The notes under the pieces: generated by a model
Told to the model about the DNA's origin: nothing
The model's input: only the letters and a program-made list of their open reading frames with translations
Databases searched by the model: none
Shown: piece after piece, positions 30,457 through 40,790 of the stretch
Layout of the letters: every line of letters begins with the position of its first letter
How positions within the stretch are numbered: the stretch's first letter is position 1
Assembly (NCBI GenBank): GCA_051745185.1
Contig: JBNJDV010000003.1
Span: 441 to 64,440, forward strand
DNA from: Bacillota bacterium
GTDB taxonomy: Bacteria; Bacillota; Halanaerobiia; Halanaerobiales; M55B127
Direction: 5' to 3'
Length of the DNA stretch: 64,000 nucleotides
Translations under genes and position numbers: made by a program

Positions 30457-31359
30457 TTAATCATTTTTATTTACTTCAGCCATTACTTCTTCAGCAAAGT
30501 CTTCTTGTTTTCTTTCAATTCCTTCACCAAGCTCATAACGGACAAACTGTTCAATTGAAATATCAGAATCTTCTAATACCTCTTTTACTTGCAGATCAGT
30601 ATCACGAATGTATTCTTGTTCTAATAAACAAATTTGAGTATAAAATTTGTTTATCTTACCTTCAACAATTTGATCTAAGATGTTTTCAGGTTTTCCTTCA
30701 TTTTTAAGTTGTTCCATGATAATCTTTCTTTCTTTTTCAATAACTTCACTATCAACATCTTCTCTGCTTAAAAAGTCAGGGTTGCTTGCTGCAATATGCA
30801 TTGCAATATTTTTAGCTGTTTTTAAAGTATCCTCATTTTGTTCACCTTTAAATTCAGCTAAAACTCCAATTTTACCATTTAAGTGAATATATCCATATAA
30901 AAAGCCGTCTGTGGTCATTTTTTCGAATCTTCTAAGATTAATATTTTCACCAATACTTGCAATAGCTTCTTTTACAACTCTTTCAACAGTTTTACTTTCA
31001 TCTTCAAACCATTTTTCACTATTTAATTCTTCAACATCTTTAGCATCACTTAACATGATATGCTCTGAAATATTATTAACTAATTTTTTAAAGTTATCAT
31101 TCTTAGCAACAAAGTCTGTTTCACTATTTACTTCTACAATTAAACCTTTATCTCTTTTATCATTAATTAATACATTTACAATACCTTCTGCTGCAACACG
31201 ACCAGATTTTTTAGCTGCATCTGACATACCTTTTTCTCTTAAATAATCAATAGCAGCTTCCACATCACCATCTGTTTCATTTAATGCATTTTTGCAATCC
31301 AGTACTCCTGCACCAGTTCTTTCTCTTAATTCTTTAATATCTTTCATCGATACAGACAT
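30457..31359 (-). CDS. tsf: Elongation factor Ts
   Basis: UBA-like N-terminus IKELRERTGAGVLDCKNAL. The track start at 31416 adds 19 implausible residues. The ATG at 31359 lies 8 nt after AAGGAG. Confidence 0.93.
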   Translation of the reverse strand: MSVSMKDIKELRERTGAGVLDCKNALNETDGDVEAAIDYLREKGMSDAAKKSGRVAAEGIVNVLINDKRDKGLIVEVNSETDFVAKNDNFKKLVNNISEHIMLSDAKDVEELNSEKWFEDESKTVERVVKEAIASIGENINLRRFEKMTTDGFLYGYIHLNGKIGVLAEFKGEQNEDTLKTAKNIAMHIAASNPDFLSREDVDSEVIEKERKIIMEQLKNEGKPENILDQIVEGKINKFYTQICLLEQEYIRDTDLQVKEVLEDSDISIEQFVRYELGEGIERKQEDFAEEVMAEVNKND

Positions 31360-31431
31360 TTTATCAACTCCTTTATTTAATAAAAAAGACGTTGAAAAAG
31401 GGAGCCCTTTAATCAACGCCTTAAGTAAGTT

Positions 31432-32184
31432 CTATTGTTCTTCTACAACTTCAAGATCTTCATTTTCTGGTTTATCCTGAACTTGCTCATTATCAAGCTG
31501 CTCTCCCTGTTTGCCAGCTAATACAGCATCAGCTATTATTTTACTTATCAATTTAACTGCTCTTATGGCGTCATCATTACCGGGAATTTCGTAATCTATA
31601 AGATCAGGATCACAGTTAGTATCTAGAATAGATACTATAGGTATATCGAGTTTAATTGCTTCAGCTACAGCAATTGACTCTTTTCTGGGATCAGTGATAT
31701 AAATTACATCTGGTATGCCACCCATATGGCGGATACCACCCAAGTTTCTAAGCAATTTGTCTCTTTCACGTTCTAATTCAATTACCTCTTTGTTTGGTAA
31801 TACCTCAAAAAGACCTTCTTCTTCCATCTCTTCGAGTTCATTTAAACGGTCAATTCGCTTACTTATTGTTTGGTAGTTAGTTAACATACCACCAAGCCAG
31901 CGTTGATTTACATAAGGCATTCCACAGCGTTCGGCTTCTTTTTTAATTGTTTCTTGAGCCTGTCTTTTTGTACCAACAAAAAGAACTGTATTACCTTTTG
32001 CTGCCTCTTCTCTAACAAAATCATAAGCTCTCTCCATTAATTTTACAGTTTTTTGTAAATCAATGATATATATACCGTTACGCTCTGTGAAAATGTAATC
32101 CTTCATTTTAGGATTCCATCTTCTTGTTTGGTGACCAAAATGGACACCAGCTTCAAGTAACTGTTTCATATTTACTACAGACAA
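31432..32184 (-). CDS. rpsB: 30S ribosomal protein S2
   Basis: Contains [22 protein letters not shown]. The track GTG (32193) lies inside the SD GGAGGTG. A TTG at 32184, 8 nt after GGAGG, gives [10 protein letters not shown]. Confidence 0.93.
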   Translation of the reverse strand: MSVVNMKQLLEAGVHFGHQTRRWNPKMKDYIFTERNGIYIIDLQKTVKLMERAYDFVREEAAKGNTVLFVGTKRQAQETIKKEAERCGMPYVNQRWLGGMLTNYQTISKRIDRLNELEEMEEEGLFEVLPNKEVIELERERDKLLRNLGGIRHMGGIPDVIYITDPRKESIAVAEAIKLDIPIVSILDTNCDPDLIDYEIPGNDDAIRAVKLISKIIADAVLAGKQGEQLDNEQVQDKPENEDLEVVEEQ

Positions 32185-32334
32185 TATTGCCACCTCCTCT
32201 CTGGTTTTTAAACTTCCATCTGCTTCTTCCCCTGCTAAATTATCGAAGAGGATTAGACCTCGATAACACTACTGTATTTATTAACAGCACCAGTGGCAGA
32301 GTCCACAAGATGTGTTTATTTATTACCATTAGAT

Positions 32335-32363
32335 AGTATAACACATAAATATATTTTAATCAA
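32335..32363 (-). promoter_or_regulatory. SigA-type promoter for rpsB-tsf
   Basis: Minus strand reads TTGATT, a 17-nt spacer, then TATACT. The predicted leader to the rpsB start is about 140 nt. An AT-rich 7-bp hairpin (32362-32379) after the codY stop overlaps the -35. Confidence 0.6.
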
Positions 32364-32381
32364 TTACTTATCAGTAATTTT

Positions 32382-33167
32382 TTATCCCATCTTCAATTTT
32401 TCTAAATCTTCAAGCAGATAGTCGTTTAATACTTTTATAAAAGTACCTTTCATACCCAGTGATCTTGACTCAATCACACCTGCGCTTTCAAACTTACGTA
32501 AAGCATTCACAATTACAGATCTAGTAATTCCAACTCTATCAGCAATTTTGCTTGCAACTAATAGGCCTTCTTTACCATCGAGTTCATCAAAAATATGTTC
32601 AATCGCTTCTAACTCAGAATATGATAAGGTATCAATTGCGATCTGTACAGCAGCTCTTTTACGTGCTTCTTTTTCTATCTCATTACTTCTTTTTCTTAAT
32701 ATTTCCATACCAACAACTGATGCACCATATTCAGCTAGTACAAGGTCTATATCGGTAAATTCTTCACCATAACGAGATAATATCAAAGTTCCTAAACGAT
32801 CTCCACCACCGACAACAGGCACAATTGTTGTAAGTTTATTTGAATACATACATTTGTTTTCAGGATCAAACACACATACTTTGTCTTCCTGAGTTATATT
32901 TGCTCTTGTACCACTTACATTTAATAAACTTTCATTATAATCTTCTGGAAATCTATTATCTTCACTAACAATATCATCCATAATTTCACATTCAAAATCT
33001 TCCATAAAAGCATGACCTAATATTTTACCTTTTTTACTTGTAATATAAACATTGCTTTCCATTGTTTCTGATAATACAGGGGCCATTTTTTCAAAATCTA
33101 CCGGTTGGCCGCCTGATCTTTGTAGGAGTTTATTTATTTTTCTACTTTTTTGTAATAAATCACCCAT
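32382..33167 (-). CDS. codY: GTP/BCAA-sensing global regulator CodY
   Basis: 261 aa with a GAF-like N-terminus and a C-terminal wHTH ([38 protein letters not shown]). Confidence 0.95.
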   Translation of the reverse strand: MGDLLQKSRKINKLLQRSGGQPVDFEKMAPVLSETMESNVYITSKKGKILGHAFMEDFECEIMDDIVSEDNRFPEDYNESLLNVSGTRANITQEDKVCVFDPENKCMYSNKLTTIVPVVGGGDRLGTLILSRYGEEFTDIDLVLAEYGASVVGMEILRKRSNEIEKEARKRAAVQIAIDTLSYSELEAIEHIFDELDGKEGLLVASKIADRVGITRSVIVNALRKFESAGVIESRSLGMKGTFIKVLNDYLLEDLEKLKMG

Positions 33168-33203
33168 CTAATAATCTACCTCCATTTGTTTGTTTTTTGT
33201 AAG

Positions 33204-34583
33204 TTATAAGATATATTTACTTAAATCCTTGTCTTTTACTACTTTAGCGAGTTGATCATTTACATAATCAACATCTATTTCGACTTCTGTATTTTCAATA
33301 TTATCTGGAGCACTATATGATAGTTTTTCTAAAAGTTTTTCCATAATAGTATGAAGTCTTCTCGCTCCAATATTTTCTGTTTGTTCATTGACTTCATAAG
33401 CAAACTCAGCAATTTCTCTAATTGCATCATCAGTAAATCTAATATTTAGACCTTCAGTTTCTAATAATGCGATATATTGTTTTGTTAATGCATTTTTAGG
33501 TTGTAATAATATTTGTTCAAAGTCATCTACTGACAGACTGTTTAGTTCCACCCTCAATGGAAATCTACCTTGTAACTCGGGAATTAAATCTGAGGGCTTT
33601 GACATATGAAATGCGCCTGCAGCTATAAATAAAATGTGGTCTGTTTTAACAGCCCCATGTTTTGTCATAATTGTAGAACCTTCAACAACTGGTAAAATAT
33701 CTCTTTGTACACCTTCTCTTGAAATATCTGGACCAGATCCTTTATCTTTTCCAGCAATCTTATCAATCTCATCTAAAAATATTATTCCTTCATTTTCAAC
33801 AAGATCAATAGCTTCAGCCTTTACTTCTTCATTATCAATTAACTTTTTAGCTTCCTCATCTTTTAGAATATCAATAGCTTCTTTTATTTTGACTTTTCGT
33901 GTTTTTTTCTTTTTAGGAAACATATCTCCTAACATATCTTGGAAATTAATTCCCATTTCTTCAACACCTTGACCTGTGAAAAGTTCTAACATTTGTGGAG
34001 AATCTTTTTCAATAGATATTTCAATCTTTCTATCGTCTAATTCCCCTTCTTTTAATTTTTCTAACAGCTTTTCACGTCTTCTTTGAATTCTTTGATAACT
34101 TTCTGAATTATCTTCATTTTCTTCTTCATCAGAAAGAAATGCAAATGGGCTTTTTTTCTTTTTTTCACCAGGCATTGGTAAAAGATTATTAATAATCCTT
34201 TCCCTTGCTGCCTGTAAAGCTTCTTTTTGTACATCTTTTATTTTCTTTTCTTTAACCATTCTTATTGCACTTTCAATTAAATCTCTAACCATCGACTCAA
34301 CATCACGGCCTACATATCCAACTTCAGTAAACTTTGTTACTTCAACTTTAATGAAAGGAGACTCTGCAATATTTGCTAATCTTCTTGCAATTTCTGTTTT
34401 ACCTACTCCAGTAGGTCCAATCATTAATATGTTTTTTGGGATAATTTCTTCCTGTAAATCTTCATCAACTAATTTACGGCGATATCTATTTCTTAATGCA
34501 ATTGCAACAGACTTTTTAGCTTCATTTTGTCCAATTATATATTGATCAAGTTTTTCAACTATTTGACTTGGTGTTAACTCCAT
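33204..34583 (-). CDS. hslU: ATP-dependent protease ATPase subunit HslU
   Basis: Contains [21 protein letters not shown] and the Walker [16 protein letters not shown]. The start is placed at the ATG 6 nt after AGGAGG (track start 34589). Confidence 0.93.
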   Translation of the reverse strand: MELTPSQIVEKLDQYIIGQNEAKKSVAIALRNRYRRKLVDEDLQEEIIPKNILMIGPTGVGKTEIARRLANIAESPFIKVEVTKFTEVGYVGRDVESMVRDLIESAIRMVKEKKIKDVQKEALQAARERIINNLLPMPGEKKKKSPFAFLSDEEENEDNSESYQRIQRRREKLLEKLKEGELDDRKIEISIEKDSPQMLELFTGQGVEEMGINFQDMLGDMFPKKKKTRKVKIKEAIDILKDEEAKKLIDNEEVKAEAIDLVENEGIIFLDEIDKIAGKDKGSGPDISREGVQRDILPVVEGSTIMTKHGAVKTDHILFIAAGAFHMSKPSDLIPELQGRFPLRVELNSLSVDDFEQILLQPKNALTKQYIALLETEGLNIRFTDDAIREIAEFAYEVNEQTENIGARRLHTIMEKLLEKLSYSAPDNIENTEVEIDVDYVNDQLAKVVKDKDLSKYIL

Positions 34584-34601
34584 AAACATCCTCCTATCAA
34601 C

Positions 34602-35138
34602 TTATAGTTCCTCTATATTAATATTATCATTAGTATAAATACAAATATCAGCAGCAATTTTTAATGCCTTTTGTGCAATCTCTTTTGCAGATAAATCTTT
34701 ATTACTATCAATTAAAGCTCTAGCAGCAGCTTTTGCATATGGGCCACCAGAACCGATAGTTAATACCTCGTCATCAGGTTCAATTACATCTCCTGTACCA
34801 GATATTAAAAGTAATTTATTTTTATCTGCAACAATAAGTAGTGCTTCTAATTTTCTAAGCATCTTATCAGTTCGCCATTCTTTGGCAAGCTCAACAGCAG
34901 CACGTTCTAAATTACCATGATATTCTTCTAATTTTCCTTCAAACTTTTCGAATAATGTAAAAGCATCGGCTGAAGTTCCTGCAAATCCTGCAAGAACTTG
35001 GTCATTATATAAACGTCTAATTTTGCGGGCACTACCCTTCATGATTGTATCACCCATTGTAACTTGACCATCTCCTGCTAATGCTACATGATCATTATAT
35101 TTAACAGCAACTATTGTAGTTGCTTTTATCTTCTCCAT
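34602..35138 (-). CDS. hslV: ATP-dependent protease subunit HslV
   Basis: 178 aa. Catalytic Thr context [10 protein letters not shown], then GDGQVT and GSGGPYA. Confidence 0.93.
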   Translation of the reverse strand: MEKIKATTIVAVKYNDHVALAGDGQVTMGDTIMKGSARKIRRLYNDQVLAGFAGTSADAFTLFEKFEGKLEEYHGNLERAAVELAKEWRTDKMLRKLEALLIVADKNKLLLISGTGDVIEPDDEVLTIGSGGPYAKAAARALIDSNKDLSAKEIAQKALKIAADICIYTNDNINIEEL

Positions 35139-35197
35139 TAGTAAACCTCCTAAATATTTGTAAAATTTTAAATCTTCTTTCTAATGATTTCAGTTTA

Positions 35198-35218
35198 ACA
35201 CAAATTTTTAATTTGTGT
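35198..35218 (-). terminator. AT-rich hairpin after topA (possible weak terminator)
   Basis: ACACAAAU-UAAAA-AUUUGUGU forms 8 bp, but no U-tract follows. A TTGACA hexamer overlaps the stem. Confidence 0.3.
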
Positions 35219-35229
35219 CAAATAGCTTA

Positions 35230-37287
35230 TCATTTTTCAACAGTATGTTTACATTCTTTGTTTGTACATTTATAATATGCACCACGTTTTTTACTATATT
35301 TTTCTACCATCATACTTCCACATTTAGGACAATCTTTATCTGTAGGTTTACTCCATGAAACAAAATCACATTCCGGATAGTTACTACATCCATAAAAAGT
35401 TCTACCTTTTTTAGACTTTCTTTTTATAATTTCACCATCTTCACATTTAGGACAATCTACCCCTGTTTTATCTAAATATGGTTTAGTGTTTTTGCATTCT
35501 GGGAATCCAGTACAAGCTAAGAATTTACCATATCTTCCATGTTTAATTACCATTGGACGTCCACATTTATCACATTTAATATCTGTTTCAATATCCATAT
35601 TAACCTTTTCCATATTCTCTCTAGCATCCTTTAATCTTGTATCAAAATCTGAATAAAAGTCTTTTAATACCTGCTGCCATTTTTCTTTACCTTCTTCAAT
35701 TTCATCTAATCTTTTTTCTAATTGAGCTGTAAATTCAGTATCTGTAACATCTGGAAAATATTCAGTTAATAGCTCATTTACAGTTTTCCCTAAATCAGTA
35801 GGTATAAAGTACTTACCTTTTTTATCTACATAATTTCTTGAAACAATTTTTGAAAGTGTAGGAGCATAAGTACTTGGTCGACCAATTCCTTCTTCCTCCA
35901 TTGTTTTTACTAAAGAAGCTTCAGTAAATCTTGGAGGTGGATTTGTAAAGTGCTGTTCAGGGTTAATCTCTTGAGCTTCTATTTTATCTCCCTGATCAAC
36001 AGCTGGTATCTGATCATTATTATTATCTGAATCAAATAGTTTTAAAAATCCATCAAAGATTAATTTAGAACCATTATATCTAAAATTATAATCTCCATTT
36101 AATATATCAATTGTATATGTTTCATATACTGCTGGTTTCATCTGGCTGCCAACAAATTGATTCCAAATTAAGGTATATAGTGCTTTTTGATCACTAGTTA
36201 AATATTTAGAGATCCTCTCTGGAGACCTAAAAGCTGAAGTAGGACGAATTGCTTCATGAGCATCCTGAGTATTACTTCCTTTTTTACCATAAGTTTTACC
36301 CTTTTGATAATACTTATCTCCAAAGTTATCTTTTATAAAAGATTCAGCTTCATTTCTAGCTTCATTAGAAAGCCTTGTGCTGTCTGTTCTAATATAACTA
36401 ATAAGACCAACTGTACCTTCACTACCTATATCAATACCTTCATAAAGCTGTTGGGCAATAAACATAGTCTTCTTTGCAGAAAAATTAAGTACAGAAGATG
36501 CCCTTTGTTGTAATGTTGAGGTAGTAAATGGTGGATAAGGATTCCTTTTCCTTTTTCTAACTTTTATTTCATCAATAATATATTCGTTTTCTTTAAGTGT
36601 ATTTAAAACCTGATCAACTTCTTTTTTGCTTCCTAATTTAAAATCATCACTATCTATTTTAAAGAGATCTGCTTCAAAATTATTTTTACCATCAGAAAAT
36701 ACTGCAGTAATTGACCAGTATTCTTCTGGCTCAAATTTATCAATTTCTTCTTCTCTTTCACATATTATTTTAACAGCTACTGATTGAACTCTTCCTGCAC
36801 TCAGTCCTTTTCTTACTTTTTTCCAAAGTAATGGACTTAACTTATAACCAACTAAACGGTCTAAGAGACGTCTAGCCTGTTGTGAATCAACCAGGTTTTG
36901 ATTAATCTCTCTTGGATTTTTTATTGCTTTAGTGATTGCGCTTTTAGTTATTTCATTAAATTCAATTCTGTTTTTTTCTTCATCTAACTTTAAAGCCCTC
37001 GATAGATGCCAGGAAATAGCTTCTCCTTCTCTATCAGGGTCAGTGGCCAAATATATATTATCACTTTTCTTTTTTGCTTTTCTAAGTTTTTTTAATATTT
37101 TACCTTTACCTCTAATTGTAATATATTTAGGCTTAAAATTATCCTTTATGTCAATCCCCATCTTACTTTTAGGTAAATCTACAACATGTCCCATTGAAGC
37201 TTCGACATCGAAATTTTTACCTAAAAACTTTTTGATAGTTTTTGCTTTTGCTGGTGACTCTACTATTACAAGATTCTTTTTAGACAT
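35230..37287 (-). CDS. topA: DNA topoisomerase I with C-terminal zinc ribbons
   Basis: Toprim N-terminus LVIVESPAKAKTI, the active-site region around GLISYIRTDS, and repeated CxxC...CxxC ribbons at the C-terminus. Confidence 0.95.
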   Translation of the reverse strand: MSKKNLVIVESPAKAKTIKKFLGKNFDVEASMGHVVDLPKSKMGIDIKDNFKPKYITIRGKGKILKKLRKAKKKSDNIYLATDPDREGEAISWHLSRALKLDEEKNRIEFNEITKSAITKAIKNPREINQNLVDSQQARRLLDRLVGYKLSPLLWKKVRKGLSAGRVQSVAVKIICEREEEIDKFEPEEYWSITAVFSDGKNNFEADLFKIDSDDFKLGSKKEVDQVLNTLKENEYIIDEIKVRKRKRNPYPPFTTSTLQQRASSVLNFSAKKTMFIAQQLYEGIDIGSEGTVGLISYIRTDSTRLSNEARNEAESFIKDNFGDKYYQKGKTYGKKGSNTQDAHEAIRPTSAFRSPERISKYLTSDQKALYTLIWNQFVGSQMKPAVYETYTIDILNGDYNFRYNGSKLIFDGFLKLFDSDNNNDQIPAVDQGDKIEAQEINPEQHFTNPPPRFTEASLVKTMEEEGIGRPSTYAPTLSKIVSRNYVDKKGKYFIPTDLGKTVNELLTEYFPDVTDTEFTAQLEKRLDEIEEGKEKWQQVLKDFYSDFDTRLKDARENMEKVNMDIETDIKCDKCGRPMVIKHGRYGKFLACTGFPECKNTKPYLDKTGVDCPKCEDGEIIKRKSKKGRTFYGCSNYPECDFVSWSKPTDKDCPKCGSMMVEKYSKKRGAYYKCTNKECKHTVEK

Positions 37288-37311
37288 TATCTAACTGACC
37301 TCCAAAATTAT

Positions 37312-37800
37312 TTAGTTTATATATTTAAAATCTTTTGATAATTTAGTAGAAAATTCCCTAAAGTGATTAGAAATATATTCAATTCTTTTTTCATCTTCAA
37401 CAACATCCTGAATTAAATCCCAAAAGTTGAAATCTTTGTTATTATTATAATATACATTTTGTATTATCTTGTTTATCACAGTTTCAGTTTCTTTTATAGT
37501 AATAACATTCATTAATAATAGTCTTTTAATTAAACCTCTGTATTCTTTGGGAAGATACATCTTTTCTTGAACTGTAAATACACGGTTTAAAACCTTATTT
37601 TTAGATAATCCTTCTATATTTTCTCCCTCTATGATTTCGGGTTTTTCAAAAATTAATTGAAAAGCCTCATCAATATCATCTAAATCATAACCCATATCAA
37701 CAAGATCATCAATTAAATCCTTTTGGTCAACAACTTCATCTCCACTATCTAATAACTCTTCTATTAAATAATTTAATATATCAAATATTTTTTCTCTCAT
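37312..37800 (-). CDS. smg: Smg-like protein (DUF494)
   Basis: 162 aa. The N-terminus IFDILNYLIEELL...DLIDDLVDMGYDLDDIDEAFQLI resembles E. coli Smg (MFDVLMYLFETYI...). Directly upstream of topA. Confidence 0.65.
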   Translation of the reverse strand: MREKIFDILNYLIEELLDSGDEVVDQKDLIDDLVDMGYDLDDIDEAFQLIFEKPEIIEGENIEGLSKNKVLNRVFTVQEKMYLPKEYRGLIKRLLLMNVITIKETETVINKIIQNVYYNNNKDFNFWDLIQDVVEDEKRIEYISNHFREFSTKLSKDFKYIN

Positions 37801-37871
37801 TATATATCTGCAGGATAACCCTGCTAATACCTCCTCAAATTGAATTTCTCATTTTATACAACTATTATAAT

Positions 37872-37900
37872 ATTATAGATGTTTTATTTTTATTTGTAAA
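37872..37900 (-). promoter_or_regulatory. Near-consensus SigA-type promoter for smg-topA
   Basis: Minus strand reads TTTACA, a 17-nt spacer, then TATAAT. Confidence 0.65.
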
Positions 37901-37948
37901 GGATTTTCCGTTAACTAAAGTTGATTTTATGTTAATTTATAATAAAAA

Positions 37949-39301
37949 TCAACCCAATTTAGAGACTTTATTTAGGTATTTTTCCATATTAAACTTTCTA
38001 TCCAAACCATTTTTATTCATATATCTAACTTTTCCAAATATTTTTCTTTCTTTCCAGGCCCGGTCGTGTTTTCCAAATATCCAGGCTGCACCTGTATAAC
38101 CATTTGGATCTCTTCCATCTAATAAATACTTGTTATTTAGAAATAATATCATCTCAAAAGCTTTTTGCGGTTCTTTTGTCCACTCTAGTATCTTTTTGCC
38201 CCAATACATTCTCATATAACCATTCATATATCCACTTGTTACCATTTCTTTTTGAGCTGTATTCCAATACTCATCATGAGTATCATAGTTTTCTAAATCT
38301 TTAAGAGAGTAATTATACGCTCTATGATCATCGATATGTTCCATTAAAGTTTTATAAGCCCAATTAGGTAGAATATTTTTTAAAGAATTATCATAATTAT
38401 CATTAAAATATATGAAATTAAAACTCAATTCTCTTCTTACTACTAATTGTTCTAAAAAATTATCAGCTTTAATTTGACTTTTCTTTATTCTTTTATATAT
38501 ATAATGAGGAGAAATTTGACCAAAGTGTAAATAAGGACTTAACTTTGAAGTACAATCTTGATCAGGACTGCTGCCTTTTTCTTCATATTCACTTAATTTA
38601 TTTGTTATAAAATAATCAAGTCTTTTAAAAGCTTCGTTTCGACCACCAGTAAATATTTTACTTGGTTTAACCGATAAGTCTATATTTAAATTATTAATAA
38701 CTTTATCGATTATGTCAAGTTTTATTCCTTTAATATTCAATTCAACTGACTTGTTTTCCAATTTATAATCGTTATTACAAACATCTATAAATCTATCTAT
38801 TTTATTTGATACTTTCTTTCTAATAGTATAAGCAGCATACTCTTCTTTATCAGATGCTATATCTACTGGTACAATAGTATTTGTATTAACCATTAAAAAT
38901 CTACAATTAATAAGTTCTGCTATCTTATTTTTCCACTGTCTCTCTATTTTAAGATAACCTCGGTCTGTTACTAACATTACAGCATTTTTACTCAATAGTT
39001 TGATATTATCAGTAACATCACCTGTTTTAATTATAAATTTAATATTTTTATTTTTTAGCTTTTCTTCTACTTCTTTTAGACCTTCCAGCATGAAGTAATA
39101 ATGACGATAATTAGCATCAGGAAATTTATCAGTCAAATTAAAAAAGACAACTAATGGTACTTCTATTTCATTTGCTTTTTGTACTGCATAATTTAAAGCA
39201 GGATTATTTTCTACTCTCTGAGCGGCTTGCATCCAGTAGATAATATATTTGTTCTTTTTAATTTTTCCTTCTCTAATAATCTTTACATTTTCTTTTATCA
39301 T
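37949..39301 (-). CDS. phr: Class II CPD photolyase (deoxyribodipyrimidine photo-lyase)
   Basis: 450 aa. The N-terminus YIIYWMQAAQRVENNPALNYAV and the C-terminal GYMNGYMRMYWGKKILEW...DGRDPNGYTGAAW closely follow the class II pattern (e.g. the Methanosarcina enzyme). Confidence 0.8.
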   Translation of the reverse strand: MIKENVKIIREGKIKKNKYIIYWMQAAQRVENNPALNYAVQKANEIEVPLVVFFNLTDKFPDANYRHYYFMLEGLKEVEEKLKNKNIKFIIKTGDVTDNIKLLSKNAVMLVTDRGYLKIERQWKNKIAELINCRFLMVNTNTIVPVDIASDKEEYAAYTIRKKVSNKIDRFIDVCNNDYKLENKSVELNIKGIKLDIIDKVINNLNIDLSVKPSKIFTGGRNEAFKRLDYFITNKLSEYEEKGSSPDQDCTSKLSPYLHFGQISPHYIYKRIKKSQIKADNFLEQLVVRRELSFNFIYFNDNYDNSLKNILPNWAYKTLMEHIDDHRAYNYSLKDLENYDTHDEYWNTAQKEMVTSGYMNGYMRMYWGKKILEWTKEPQKAFEMILFLNNKYLLDGRDPNGYTGAAWIFGKHDRAWKERKIFGKVRYMNKNGLDRKFNMEKYLNKVSKLG

Positions 39302-39332
39302 TGTAAATCATTCCTAAAGTTATTTCCATTTT

Positions 39333-39358
39333 AAAAAAGCCCCCAGATGGGGGCTTTA
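39333..39358 (-). terminator. Strong intrinsic terminator after the COG2403 gene
   Basis: Minus RNA AAAGCCCCC-AUCU-GGGGGCUUUUUU. Confidence 0.85.
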
Positions 39359-39370
39359 CAAGTTTTATTC

Positions 39371-40687
39371 TTATAGATCTAACTCTTCAATTATATCTTC
39401 TAAGTTAGGTTTACCAATTTCTTGTAACTCATATCTAACTCTTGTATGAGGTTTATCAATATCAATGATTTTGGACAAGTCAATTGGTGTACCAATTACT
39501 ACTGCTTCAGCATCAGAATTTCTGATAGTTTCTTCTAAATCTTTCATTTGTTTTTTACCATATCCCATTGCTGGTAAAATGTCAGAAAGATGACTATACT
39601 TAGCAAAAGTATCTTTTAGTGAACCAACAGCAAATGGTCTAGGATCTATTAATTCTTTAGCACCAAACTTGCGAGCTGCTATAGCTCCTGCTCCATATTC
39701 CATGTTACCATGAGTAAGTGTTGGACCATCTTCAACAACTAATACTCTTTTACCTTTTATCATTTCAGGATCTTCAACAAAGATTGGAGAAGCAGCATCT
39801 ACAATTGTTGCTTCGGGATTTGTTTTTTGAATATTGCTTCTTACTTTATCAACATTTTCAGGATTAGCGGTTGAAACTTTATTAATTAAAGCAACATCTG
39901 CTAATCTTAAGTTGATCTCTCCAGGATAATATTCTAGTTCATGTCCTGGTCTATGAGGGTCTACTAATGTAATCATTAAATCTGGCTTATAAAACGGCAT
40001 ATCATTATTTCCACCATCCCATAAGATTACATCTGCATCTTTTTCAGCTTCTCTTAATATTTTCTCATAATCTACACCAGCATAAAGAATATTTCCACGT
40101 TCAATGTGTGGTTCATATTCTTCCATTTCTTCAATTGTACAGTTGTTTTTTTCCATATCTTCATAGTTTTCATAACGCTGTACTGATTGTGCAACTAAAT
40201 CTCCATAAGGCATTGGGTGTCTAATTACTACAACTTTTTTACCCATTGCGTTTAAAATATCTGAAACTCTTCTGGTTGTTTGGCTTTTACCAACACCTGT
40301 TCTAACAGCACAAACAGCTATTACTGGGACATTTGATTCAAGCATGGTTGAATCCTTACCCATCATTGTAAAGTCGGCTCCAGCTGCCATTACTTGAGAA
40401 CCCTTACTCATTAAATATTGATAACTTACATCACTGTAAGCAAAAACTACCTCATCAATATTTTCTTCTTTAATGATTTCATCGATATCATCTTCAGAAT
40501 AAATTGGTATTCCTTCAGGGTAATTTTCACCTGCTAATTCTGCTGGATACTTACGCCCTTCAATATCAGGTATCTGGGTTGCTGTAAAAGCAACAACCTC
40601 ATAATCATCATTACCTCTAAAAAAAGTGTTAAAGTTATGAAAATCCCTTCCTGCTGCACCCATTATTAAAACTCTTCTTTTCATCAA
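39371..40687 (-). CDS. COG2403 P-loop protein related to cyclic 2,3-diphosphoglycerate synthetase
   Basis: 438 aa. N-terminus RVLIMGAAGRDFHNFN and a P-loop-like RTGVGKSQTT. The family assignment is from memory of the COG2403/cDPG-synthetase family and is not verified by search. Confidence 0.5.
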   Translation of the reverse strand: MMKRRVLIMGAAGRDFHNFNTFFRGNDDYEVVAFTATQIPDIEGRKYPAELAGENYPEGIPIYSEDDIDEIIKEENIDEVVFAYSDVSYQYLMSKGSQVMAAGADFTMMGKDSTMLESNVPVIAVCAVRTGVGKSQTTRRVSDILNAMGKKVVVIRHPMPYGDLVAQSVQRYENYEDMEKNNCTIEEMEEYEPHIERGNILYAGVDYEKILREAEKDADVILWDGGNNDMPFYKPDLMITLVDPHRPGHELEYYPGEINLRLADVALINKVSTANPENVDKVRSNIQKTNPEATIVDAASPIFVEDPEMIKGKRVLVVEDGPTLTHGNMEYGAGAIAARKFGAKELIDPRPFAVGSLKDTFAKYSHLSDILPAMGYGKKQMKDLEETIRNSDAEAVVIGTPIDLSKIIDIDKPHTRVRYELQEIGKPNLEDIIEELDL

Positions 40688-40790
40688 ATTTCCTCCTTGT
40701 TAGAAATTTATGCATTTATTTATATTTATACGACTTAGTATATATATTAAATATTAAGGTTTGAATTCCTGCCTTAATTAACTAAATATT

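Noticed and set aside
31360-31416. N-terminal extensions proposed by the ORF track, such as the tsf extension MIKGLPFSTSFLLNKGVDK. Similar extensions occur at rpsO, rpsB, infB, hslU, acpP, fabG, ispH-S1 and the DUF512 gene.
   Set aside because: The track takes the longest ATG/GTG/TTG start. In these cases the proposed start lies inside or upstream of the SD (often the GTG of GGAGGTG) or inside a predicted promoter. A downstream start with 5-8 nt SD spacing reproduces the canonical family N-terminus.
35139-35229. A possible promoter (perfect TTGACA) and hairpin between topA and hslV.
   Set aside because: The TTGACA lies within the hairpin stem, and the best -10 at 17-nt spacing (TTAAAC) is poor. 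The hairpin lacks a U-tract. There is not enough support for a confident promoter or terminator call.
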